64,000 nt of DNA, taken from contig NEEC01000011.1 in the NCBI GenBank assembly GCA_002189035.1, positions 310,001-374,000 of the forward strand, read 5' to 3'. This document shows positions 13,524 through 25,913 of the stretch, piece after piece (position 1 is the stretch's first letter; each line of letters starts with the position of its first letter). Made by a program: the position numbers and the translations under genes. The notes under the pieces are model-generated. The model was not told where the DNA came from, searched no databases, and worked only from the letters and a program-made list of their open reading frames with translations. Source of the DNA: Utricularia gibba (Eukaryota > Plantae > Magnoliophyta).

Positions 13524-16500
13524 TCACAACCTCACTTCAACTACATCACCGTCTTTCAACTCAGTGCTCGGCAACACAAGCTGCCCGTTAACTGACACGA
13601 GCTTGCCGTCGAGTCCAATCCGTCTCGCAGCATCGCCTGCGGTGCTACCGCTTCTCATTCGCATGATCCCACCGTCGGGCCAGCACACCACTGCCACTTC
13701 TCCTGACACACTCTTCTTCCCCAGGTTGTCCGCCTTGCCCTGTCGAAACCCTGCCTCGGAACAAAGTTGTTCTTCCCACTGAAGCATCGTTCGCAGCAAT
13801 TGCACCTGAGTTGAGTTCATTCACAGCTTGTTTCATGTTTGCTCGCGCAGTAGTAGTTGCGTGAAGAAAGCACGAAAATGTATCCTCACACCTTGTTGTT
13901 CATCCCATTGTCAACAAGTGTAGCGTTTGGTGCACATGTGTCTGCTTGGAGGCTAGGATTTGCGGCAGCATAGCTGGTCGCTTTACCCTCGAAGGAAGCT
14001 GATACCGTTGCCCAATATTCGTTTTCTTCCCACTCCGTCAATTCGATGACTTGGATGAACGTCGGTAGTAGGCGCTGAAACTGGTCTTGCTACATTTGCA
14101 TTGACAAGAAGCAAACATTGTGATTATGAGGTCGGATTTGAACATGAGTGAGGTTGAGGAGGTACCTTGTGAAATATACCATCTCTACAGAGTGTATATT
14201 TCTCCAAGCACGTACGCCAATCACCATGCCCCGGTTCGAACCACCATTCATCTGAAACCTGAATGCAAGGGGCAGTCAATTATGAAAACATGCAAAGCTG
14301 CCTCCAAAAACCAGCATTCATCCAGGATTTCTGCGTACACAAAAACCATTCCGGCAGTCGGCTATCTAGCGTCTTGCCATCAAGTTGACCGCTTGTTTGG
14401 TCTACTATCAGGAAGCGGTCTGTTTTTTCCTCATAAAAATCCTATTTTCGGCTATCTGAACAGACTGTTCTAATGGAAATTAAAATTGAAAGATTACCTT
14501 CTTGTATAAGCTTGCATAAGCTTCCCATCGTTTCATTTGGACTGAAGACCTTCTTCCAGCTACTGCATCAAAAGCTGCTGGCGAAAAACTAACAGCAACT
14601 AGCAACTCTCTTCCATGGTTTTCCACTCTGGAATTCAATGAGATGTGTTCAAGTTGCGTTAAAAACTTAACCACTAGGGACAAAAGCAAGGGGATACCTG
14701 ACAATAACTGCAGGAAGCAAGAGGTCTGCCTCAACTCTCACAACAGGATGCCCCACTTTAAGGGATTTGTATTTTAGCAGCAAATCGGGCTCAATGGAAG
14801 TCTGTTCTTCTAGCTCTACAGGAAAATCCGAGGTAATTCTTTCAGCATCATTAACAACGATCTTCGAGGGCAATGGATTTTCAGTCTCCTTGTAAAGCCA
14901 ATGAGCAGCAAGCCCATGCTCAGCATAGTCATGCATTCTCTAGAAAAATAGAAAAGATGACAAATGTTACGTTGTGGAATTTTTATAGGTAGCGTAGTGT
15001 CCCCATATATGGAATAGTTAATGCTTGCCTGCGTCCTAATTTGAACTTCCAAAGGGGAGAAGTCTGGTCCTTGCACTGCTGTATGAAGTGACTGTACAAG
15101 AACGAGAGTAAGGTAACTAGGCCAAAATAACAATTCAAGAATCCTATAAAAACTAAAGCAATGTGTGATTTTCCAGAGGCAATGACCTGGTAGCCACTTG
15201 GTTTGGGGTTTACAATATAGTCGTCTAGTTCACCATGGATAGGGTCCACAGCCTAAACATCAACTGAGGTTTTAGCAATAAACAATTACACCATACAAAG
15301 AGAAAACCCTTACCATGGGGCACCAATAGTAAGTATACCTGTGTATGATGTTGAGTAAACTGTAACAACACTGAACTGCCTGTCCATGGAGTGTCCCATT
15401 CTTATCTCCAACAACAACTCTCAAAGCTCGAGCATCATAAACTTTCTTTATACCAATATCTTTTCTCTTCATCTATGTGATGGTAGAAAGAATATGATAC
15501 AAATTAAAAACATATTACCAATAACACTCAATACGCATACTTTCTGGTAAGGGAGCACCTAAGAAGCATGCATAGCAAAAAACTCTAGTATCATACCTTA
15601 CTATATATGCTATATAGGCTTTTCAAGCGTCCAAATAAGGTAACCTCCATTCCAGGAATATAGCTGCATGAATTAAACACAGTGCATATGTGGGCAATAA
15701 AATCCTACAATGCATGGCAAGAAAAGGCAGTAGCGAAATGCAACACAGTGCAAACATACGATGTTGAAATAAAAAGTTCTCTCTCCAGTGCTTCCTCACA
15801 AACAACAAGAGAAGCCAAAGCTATGCCAGCATCCCTCACGACCTTTGGTTTCTTAGAATAATCCGAGCACATTGTGAGATTGTTAAAATAATTCAACCGC
15901 TTTTTTCTGTCCATTGATAGATCAAATGGGAGAACAGCTTGCAAAAGAACCTGCAAGAAAATATTTAGTATGTGTGTCAAGTTTAAATCTAAGTCAGGTC
16001 CGATAACAATGATAAAACTAAAAAGACGCACAGAATTATGAGTTCAGCTAATAAGCCTGAAATGCTGCATTCATGCTCCAACAAAAAAGCATACTCAGCA
16101 GAGACATACTTTCATGTTTATCATTTCCTCGTCTTGCTCTATGGATCTTATAGGCTCTTGGATATGCATCGCAGTAGCGCACTTCCCATATATCCTTCTT
16201 GAAATGCTTGACTTGAGGCTGGGGTTCCACATTGAAGCAAGTTCAGCTCGGAGTTGACGAAATACATCAGGCTGGTTTTCAATGAAAACGAGAGAACGGA
16301 ATCACCAAATGATTGATGCATTTAAGTGTCATATTTTTTTGTACGATGAAAAATATTTCCATATCAGGCTTTAAGAGTATACCTGAAGGACTGCAAAGCA
16401 TAGATCCTCAAGCTCAGCTTTCAGGGCCCATAACCCCAATCTTGAAGCAAGCGAACACCAGATTGTTAATGTCTCTTGTGCCACTGCTTGTGCTTTAAAG

Positions 16501-18165
16501 GGGGTAAAGCATATCTAAACCGGAAAGCCATAAAGAAAAGCAGAAAAATCAAATGGGAACTAAAAGATGATGCATAAACAGAAACTATGCTTATGATGGC
16601 AAGGTGAATGATACATAGGAAAAAAAACTAACTATGCTGACATGTAGCATGATTACAAAAGAAATTTCATGCATATCTTGGAGCAACATACATTGTTCTC
16701 ATGTTATGAAGACGATCAGCAAGCTTTATAAGAACAACACGTGGATCATCAACCATGCCCAACAACATTGCCCGTAAACTATCTGCCTGTAGGCATAGAA
16801 TTTGTCAAATACAATCATCAGTTCATACTACAGTATATTATATAAGGAACAGGCTATGTATACCTCTTCATGGTTGAGCGTGGCTTCATTAACATTTAGC
16901 CTGCGGTGTCTGCGGAGTAACTTGAAAAGAAAAAAAAATGCATTTTTGGCCCAATAATGAAAACAAAAATCATGTCAACACGAATAGAAATTTATATTTT
17001 TCACATGAAAGGATGATAAAAATGTGAAGTCGTCTGCAAAGACCTCTCTTCTACTAAATTCTCCTGAGGGTAAAGTTTTTCTAATTGCAAAACACAACAG
17101 GATAATCTTGGGATTCTGAAATCTTAGCAGCATGAATAAAAGAGTATACCTGATTAACGTAACTCAGTTTGGAGACTCCAGCCACTAGCTTTGCAACATC
17201 AGCATCAAACTCTTGCTCTATGCTATGCAAAGTTTCTGAAGCATCATCAATAACATCATGCAGGATTCCAGCCACGACTGTGTCAACAGCCTATCCAGTA
17301 AAGTACAACTACGTCAAAATAAGAACATGTACAGAACCACAGCAATCTGCTCATTCATGCCTGATTCCCCTATTTGGCACAACTGAATGAAAGATCGAAA
17401 TAAAACGTTTATCAAATCTATGAAGCGGACAAATGCGGTGTTTTGCTGCTGTTAGAATGCATATATGGTGGGAACCGAATTCACATACTCTTTTCCCCTC
17501 TGATGGGACTAACACAGCTATTATTCTTCCTGTGTTGACACAGTGGGATACATAGGGATCTCCAGTCTTCCTTATCTGACCTTGATGAGCTCTTCTTGCA
17601 AATGCTATTGCCTTTTGCACCTGCCTTTACAAATTTAAAATCTAAGAATCGCTAGTTCAATCTACAGGCAACATGTCTGAACAGGGATGATGACAAACCT
17701 TTTGGTCGTAGAATATCGGGTATCCAGTTACATCAACACCATCCAAAACATGAGAGCCTGCACACAATTGCTCCACACAGTCCAGATGACAATTACCGCA
17801 TCCAAACAATATCACAATGGATTAGAAGAGTAGGTTTCGACCTGGCTGCTCATCAAGCTTGGGCCACAAGAATTCCACCTTCGTGGAAAGACATGCACCC
17901 GAAGCAATCGCGACGGCGGTGACTGCCACCTGAGTAAGCGCCGAAGAAACAGCTCCGTGCACGGAGGTAGAACCTCCGGAAGCCGCGACGGCGATCATGT
18001 TGCCTGAGGCGAGGAGGGAGTTGAGGGAAGCAGATACAGTTAACCTGGGACCGTCGAAGCCGGGAGGAATCGGAGTCTAGCCGAATAAGCCTGCAGAAAG
18101 CGATTCCTCCGGAGGATGAGTGAGGATTTGGGGGCAAGAGACATGCGTGAAGTGGAGGAGGACAT
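13524..18165 (-). CDS. RSH: Long RelA/SpoT homolog (ppGpp hydrolase + synthetase + TGS-like domain), about 18 exons, probable plastid transit peptide
   Basis: Exons read by hand: [26 protein letters not shown] (HD), [80 protein letters not shown]-terminal [11 protein letters not shown]. Three 1-nt deletions in G/C runs (18047-49, 16500-04, 15242-44) break the frame as given; no nonsense substitutions seen. ATG 18165 is preferred; an upstream in-frame ATG exists at 18282. Confidence 0.9.
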
Positions 18166-18444
18166 CTCCACTTCCCGGTAGAGGAAGGCCAGTCGGGGGG
18201 AATGTATGCGCTGTTGTGTGGTGCCGAGGAGGCGGTTGATATTTTCGTGCGAAAACGAGTGGCGATGGGCATTGCTTCCCATATATAATATATATATTGA
18301 TATATATATATAGATACTTGGTGACTCCAAAATAGGCAGGTGAGGCGAGGCAGGCACCAAAGGTACAACAAACTTAGCAACCTGAGATGAAAAGGGGTAC
18401 AACAAACTGTCCAAGTCACGCTCCTCGATGGGGTGGGGTACCAC

Positions 18445-21400
18445 CTGAGCACAAGAAAATAGACGCCACATCCAGTCTCGATTCGAATACTCCACTCCAT
18501 TCACAAATTGGGTGACCTGAAATCATTCAAAAGCTGAGTCCCTCCCTGGTCCCAATGCCTACATCCATGGTTTGCTACCTCAACGGGCGTCATGTTTGGG
18601 AACGAACGAACGAACTCAGACGTTTGATGGCGTACTCGCGAACGAACATGCTGTTATTTGGATAAGGATACGGAACTGTTGCTGCTGCATCCCAAAGGCA
18701 AAGGGCCTCGGTCAAAAAAGCTGATTCCACCTGTCGATGTCTCCACATCAAACTTACAAGGATGGGATACAGGATCGACAGCATCAGAAACATAACTGAA
18801 CCAAGGAGGCACGCTATACCAGGCAGATCAGGTGTTGCAGCACAAGGACCGTGCAATTTAAATCCAGATTTATGGAATGTGTCTTTCGGTCAATACTGCG
18901 AATATTTCTTGTTCTATGGTTAAAAAATAAGTCCTATAGAAGTGATTACAGAACTCGGACGCCTGAAATGCCATTATAAGACAAGTAAGGTGATGTCTGA
19001 ATTTTCCTTTTGCACTAAAAATCAACCTGAAAATTTTTCAGCATCCCCAGTAGCAGGTTTAGTCCACTTTCTGCAATATTACATTCCGTATGTCGGAACA
19101 CCCATATGATGGAATCCATGACAAGTTTAAGTTGTTGGATGGAACCATCAGGACAACAAAAGACACTTCAATAGGATTCCAATAAGTAATGGCTAAGCCG
19201 AAGCTTGAAATTCGTACCTCACTTAATAAGCAGATTAATGCAGAAAAACAGTGTGTTGCAATTGCCCGAAGCAGTGAGAAGAACTTGACTCTGTGCTAAT
19301 GGCAACATCATGGCGATAAGTATGGCGAAATCAACTTGCTAAAACCCCAATAACCCTTAAAGCAGTACAAGATCAGGCCTAATAGTAAAAATCGAAATTC
19401 CAAACAAATATAACAATAATATTCAATATTAACACAGAGCTTGCATATTGTAGAAAGCCAACAAGTTATAAAATTAAATTAAAAAAGATTGTGCATATTT
19501 ACTTATAAAAATCAAAGGTCAGACACTTGTTAGAAATTCCAAATAAAAATTTCTCTGGGTAAAGGAATGTAAAATATATATGAGAAGACTCTGCCAACAA
19601 GAAAAAATGATCGCAACTCCAGTATGCATTGGAAAACAGCTTCAAATATCTTGGGAACATTCTCAATCATTGTCCCCTTGTACCTTAACAATGCAATGAC
19701 CAATAGAACATCTGATATTAGTGCGGAATCTTACATGCATATGTTTTCAAAAAAAAAAAAAACAACTTTAAATATCACTACTAAGCAACATAAACCACTT
19801 GAACAGGAGATGATTCAGAACCGCTGCAAATTGGGAAAGAAGGATTAAAAAAGAAGCATGCAAATTTTAGAATGATTCAACACTATAAAATATACATAGG
19901 AAAAATCAAACACGTACAGACACCAAAGATGCCACTCACTTATTTATAATTGTTGCATAGAGGGAAAGAACTTCTGACTCTCGCGCATCAGGAACATTTC
20001 GTGCATAGTTACCAAGAATTGGGTCCATCATTGGATTCACAAACTGTTTTCCAATATGTGGCTGATCTTCAGCTTTATCTAGGAATGTTTCAATGAGCTT
20101 CAATGTTTCCCTCTTTACAGAACTGTTACCAAGGAAAGAAAGGTAAAACCCCTAGAAGGACTAATCAGCAAGCAGATACAAGATCAAATTGGGAACTTAC
20201 CGCAGTAGTTTCACCAATGATGACTTGAAAGTATAGGCCCCACCTTGAGCAATAGTGATGGATATGAGCTCACTACACATTCTGAAGATGCTATTTAAAA
20301 TTAATAATATGAAACTGACGTTGGTCAAGCTGATACAGTGTTTATCCTTCATGAGAAAAGGACCTGTACACATTGAGCATATCCAGAAATAACAGAGTAA
20401 TCTGTGGCAACAAAGATGTTCCAAGTGAGCTAGCTGCGCGGGTGTTTGTCTGTAAGAATATATTGAAAAAATAATGAGTTATAAACTTAAGACTATTTGA
20501 ATCAGATGGGAGAAATTTCATAAAATTGTGCCAATCAGAAAGGTATATGAAAACCAAAAATAAACCTGAAGTATATGAAGAACTGCTCATATCACATTTT
20601 GATCTTTCAAATTATCCACAATCTGACGATCCCAGTCTATAATTTCAGCCATTTCTGCAGAATATGATTTGACAAATAGACGGCCATACATGTATCATAC
20701 TCATATCAACATAATGGGAAAAATAGGACAAGCAGCAAATGGAAAACCTGATTAGGAAGCTACATCAATCTCTGCAAATATTCATCTCTTTTGGAGGGAT
20801 CATATGGCACGCCTGATCAAGAAAAAATAAAAGGTCAAAATGTGCTCATAATTAACTAAAAGGTCAACAATCGATAAGGAATACAGATTCATAGAATGAG
20901 TGGATTTGGTGTGACTCAAGTTCTGTGATTGTTGTGGGAAGAGTTGTCAACAGCTTTGACACAAACGGTTCATTTTCTAAAATCTGAGAAAGACGGGTAG
21001 AACTCACAAAAAAAAAAAAAAAAAAATCTACCACAAGGGAAAAAATGATGAAAGCAGAATCCTAACCTGCATATGACCACAAACTTGCGCTTGCACTTCT
21101 GAACAATTTTTAAAAAAAGTGCCACATGCCATATCCTACAAGAATAATTGATAAAACAATCAATATGGTATAAATTACAGCACAAGCCAAGCTTGATAGT
21201 CACAGGATGGCTAGCTTATTGAATCCTAATCACCTGGAGGAATTGCAAACGTGATGATAAATATCACTATTCAAAAAAGGCCCTATGCTGGTAGTGATAT
21301 AAAACCATGCTCAGCTGAAACGAAACCTGGACTCCAGGATAGGTTTCATGCATGAATTCAAACAATTTGTTCACAACGGTTTTCAAGAACTTCCAATGGG

Positions 21401-24400
21401 CTCTCAAAGATCTTGGATATTGCCCCACCACATACCTGCATGCAAAGAAACAAGAACAACAATAACAAAAAAAATGCTGCATTAGCCTCCAGAATAGGTA
21501 CCTATTTCATAATAAATGTGATGCCGCTGGCTTGATTTTTTTTATTACACATATTAATACTCTAGGAATACAGCACAATACATAATTCAAAATTTCACTT
21601 ATAGAATCTAGTGACAAATAAAAGGTTTTCAACTTGGTTTTTACACATAGAGCATTTTTGATAGGCATCCTCCATTTGAATAATATTGAAAAAGCACTCT
21701 GAGATAGTAAATAGACGCATCTGACACACATTATGTTACTTGCAATGAGAACTTTGTTATCAAATCACGGATTACCATCACCAGAAACATATTTTCCTGC
21801 CAAATGAATTGGAAGAGTGAGGATCTAGATTAAATTAAAGTTCATCATACGTAGCATAAATGTGACATGTCAAAACCAGAAACCTTTACTGCGCCATGGA
21901 GCATCACTAATATATTGCGGAAAATCACAGTTATGCTTCAGTTAGGAAAACATTTTTTACAACTGAATATCAATATTGACACATAAGTACACGTGGCTCC
22001 TAACATTACGTGGAAAGAAGTTCTGAGAAAAACTAAAAATAAATACAGAAGAAATCAAGGTTAAAGTTACAAGGCAGATGGACACTTGTACAAAAAATAA
22101 AAAAAGGAAAATACCATCAATTTGATGGGCTATGTAGAAGACCAAGAGGATGAGAACATTTGCAGCCAAACTGGTCTGCACATACACAATAAGGAACATT
22201 GAACAGAAAATAAATGCACAAGAATCACAAAGTAGATCTCTACCTGATCCTCCATCATCGATCCAGATATTGATCCAATTTCCCAGCACAATGTATCGAG
22301 GTTGTTCCATGACCAATACTCTCCATTCAATTGCTTGCTAAGCTTACCTAGCATCTTCATCAGCCCAATGAAATTCAACATGGGGAAGGGGATGCTGGGG
22401 AAGACACAGAGAGAGAGGTCTCAGAATTCACCTGCATTCCTGGGACAATGTAAGATGCTAAATGGTCTGGGTTGAGGTCAGCCTCAAAGAGCTCCAAAAC
22501 TAGGGAATTCCGATGATAATCCAAGCAAACCCGCATGCTGTGACAATCAGAATATTGCATGGCATCAAATGAAAAGGAACCTCGAGATGATAATCACCTT
22601 GAAGACTTCTGTATCACTCATATGTTCTCCTGGGAAGATTCTAGACCCATTAGTAATGCATTTATGTTCTCCTGGGAATATTCTAATACTCTCATGTGAT
22701 TCTGAAACAACAGAAATGTAAATCAGTACATCTATATGAACGAAAAAAATTGAAATTGAAAAAAAAGGTTCATATTCCATGATAAATGAAATGCAGGCAG
22801 TAATTTACCCTGAAAATGATGTGAAGAAAAGAGCCAGATTTTGAATGAAAGCCTGCAAATAAATGTCTTATCTAAGCTTGCTAATCTCTAAGACCAGGGG
22901 AAGTATGCCATTGAATTTATAACCCACCTGCTCCTCACTATTTCCATCTGCGTAAGCCTCTACAAGTTGGTAGTGAGCAGCACTATAGCCTAATCACAGA
23001 AACAACATGAAGAACGCATCAAATGACCCTAATCAAAAGGAATTTAATAAAGAAAAAAATGCTACTAAAATGAAGAAATGATAAGAAAAGACTTTACTAC
23101 CTTATCAAAGCTAAAAGTGATGATGAACATAGGGCAAGATAAACTGTATGGATATCCTCAACTGCAATTCCCCAAGTAATATGGTATACATTTTGAGATA
23201 TTGCACATCATAGAAGTCCCGAACTTGAGAGCAGCAACCTGGCAAAGATTAATTCAGAGAAGATCAAACTCTTCAAGATGTAGGCAATCCACCAATCAAC
23301 AAATCACCACAGAAAAACCTCAGTCAAACACTGCAGAGTGAGATTGCGGTAAGCTGTCCCGAGGAAAATATTTAGCAAGGTTTCAAGCTGCAAGCATGTG
23401 AGGCATATTAATTAATATTAATCAAACTGAAGATGGCCTTAAGTCTAATTCTGTAATGTATGAACAAGAGACGATACAAACAACGGATGGTCACTAAACC
23501 AAAATAACAAAAACAAACTGGGGTGACTCGAAAATGTAACCAAGGGGAACTCAGGATAGAAAGCATGCAAAGTGGCCATGGTGGCCCGAATAAGTTCAGC
23601 CCTTTGAGAAGCAGCTAATACATACGTGCATAACTCATGAACAAGAATGAATTCACTGCATATAAAAAATGGGAAGGTGTTTAAGGAAACAGAATCTGCA
23701 CCAATTATGGAATGTAAAAACTATTGACACAAGTAAGAGATGATAAAATCAACGTGCAAAGAAAACATTTTACAAGAAAGCGTACAGTTGTGATAGATTT
23801 GTCAAAATGGCAACCTGTTGAAAGACTATTTTAACTCTTCAATCTGATGAGTCATTTCTCCTCAAGAGAAGTCAAAAATCTCTTCACTTGAAGCTGGAAA
23901 AATATCGATCTAATGTCGAGAAAAGCTCATGTAAAAGTATCGGATATCAAGTTTACTTACTTTCAGAATTGCCATGCAATTCTGAGATAGGGTTTCACTG
24001 GTTTTCGCTGCTGCTACCATATCTGGAATAAAACTTCTCCATCTAGCTGGCGCCTCGTGTTTCAAGATCTGTAGCAGAAGAAATAGACCAGGAAGTGCTT
24101 GCTTGCGCAGTAATTATAAACACTGATCCATGACAAAGAAAACACTAATATATGTACAAAAAACTGACGCCTAATCCCATAGTGATAATGCAATCACGAG
24201 ATTAAATACCTGAACTAATATAATGTTAAGTTTGTTCATCAAGCCTATCTCTCCGGAAGGAGATATCATCACTTGAAAGCTAAAAAATAAATATTAAAAT
24301 TAGGGTAGAAGATTGCATGCCCACCACGGCAAAACAGAAAAGCCTGAATGCCCGTACTGTAACTATAACCTCGGAGATATAGTTTTTCATGCCATCCCGT

Positions 24401-25403
24401 AGCTCCGAGGGTAAAACATTCCATCTATACTGAATAACACCTTCAAGAACCTACACTTCGCCAATAAAGCCATAAACAACTAACTGCTTTTTCCCACATA
24501 AAGATAAATACGAATCCATAATTAAATGGCTTAAAGCAGAAACTGGCATTTCAAAGAGAACTCCAGGAAAAAAAAAAAAAACATTTTTACCTGTAATGCA
24601 AAGAATTTGGTGTTCAAATTTTGTGTACTAGATAAAATATGAATCACTTGAAGCCACATTTCAGGATTGCCTTGCAAATCCATCAAAATGTGGTCAGCAG
24701 CGGACCTCTGATGGCAAGGTCAACATACCAAGAGAGTAAGAAAATGCTCAGAGATGCACATAGGAAACACATGCAAGCAACGATAGCCATATTCGTTATA
24801 TACGTTCAAAAATCAACATGCCTCACACACCCAAGATCAAGAAATGAATGCAAATAGCCGAGTCTTATTACAAACAAATAAATCCACTAGAATCTGCATC
24901 TTATTGCAAGTCATCTTAATACAAGAGGGCGGGATTAGCAGCCATCACCATGAATTTACAGACTTCTGAAGAGATTGGATCCTAACAAACGAACTAACTT
25001 ACAGGCCTCCAAGTGCACATCATTAGTTTGGGGCACCGCGCAAAAAACTGAGAAGTTTCACTGCTCAAGGACAATCTTCTTGTTGTAGAACTACAGGAAA
25101 TATAAATCCAAATGATGCCACAGACGGATGGCAGATTGACAACATCACCGTCCATCATGCAATCCTTCCTTCAACATTTGATATTAAACGCTTCCTAAAA
25201 AAGAATTCGAACAATGCACGCATACTGATCCCAAGGAAGTTCAATTCCCAGGAGCGAAACGGGAAAATTCGACTAATATTACAAGAAAAGACAGCAGTAC
25301 CAAACTCCTCCTTGGATCCAGTCCCATAAAAAGCAGCGACAGTGGCGTCTAGCAGAGGAACATCAATCGGCTGACTCAAATCCGTCAACTTTTCCACCGC
25401 CAT
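18445..25403 (-). pseudogene. XPO1: Unprocessed exportin-1 (CRM1) pseudogene
   Basis: Starts MAVEKLTDLSQPIDVPLLDATVAAFYGTGSKEE. About 27 exon remnants in normal order ([47 protein letters not shown]). Stops at 24226-28 (after a frameshift), 23826-28, 23551-53, 20760-62 and 20587-89; internal deletions; last exon not found. Confidence 0.92.
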
Positions 25404-25913
25404 GAATCAACAGATCACTAACTCTAGTTCAAATGACAGAGGTGCGCTGTGAAACGAGACGCCCTTATGCACACGAAGAAGCGAGAGGTGAAGTTGAGGA
25501 AGGAAGGGACTGAATCGTATCCGTTGGACCATTATGAATGATAAACGTACACCAATCAGTAGATATAAAATTGAAAAAACCAAACTGATTCTCATAAAAA
25601 AAAAATGGTCGCATAATAGATACTTGAAGTTGTCTCTTTTAGTTGAATGTAAGAGTAAAACTAGAATAGAAGAAATACAACTATTTTCCGGGTTTGCTCG
25701 GTCTCCTTTGTGTCACCAACCCACACAAAGAAGGCCATGGACAATCGTTCTCTGCGAAAGAGGATGCCAAACATCAATCAGGAGAGTGCAGAGATATGTC
25801 CCCCGAGCAACAAAGGCAAATGGTCCAAAGGAGATTCGTTTCTCAGACTATTATAACCACATGAACAGTCAGCATTTCACCATGCAATTTGAGAGAAACA
25901 ATTGGAGCTTCTA

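Noticed and set aside
13524-18165. Calling RSH (and TOL1) pseudogenes
   Set aside because: All breaks are 1-nt homopolymer deletions, with conserved splice sites and catalytic motifs and no nonsense codons; sequence error is the simpler explanation.
13524-18165. Bacterial contamination or recent horizontal transfer of relA/spoT
   Set aside because: The gene has about 17 spliceosomal introns and a transit-peptide-like leader, and sits among plant genes.
17853-18500. 215-aa minus-strand ORF overlapping RSH exon 1
   Set aside because: Neither the transit-peptide frame nor the conserved mature frame; an alternative frame of GC-rich sequence.
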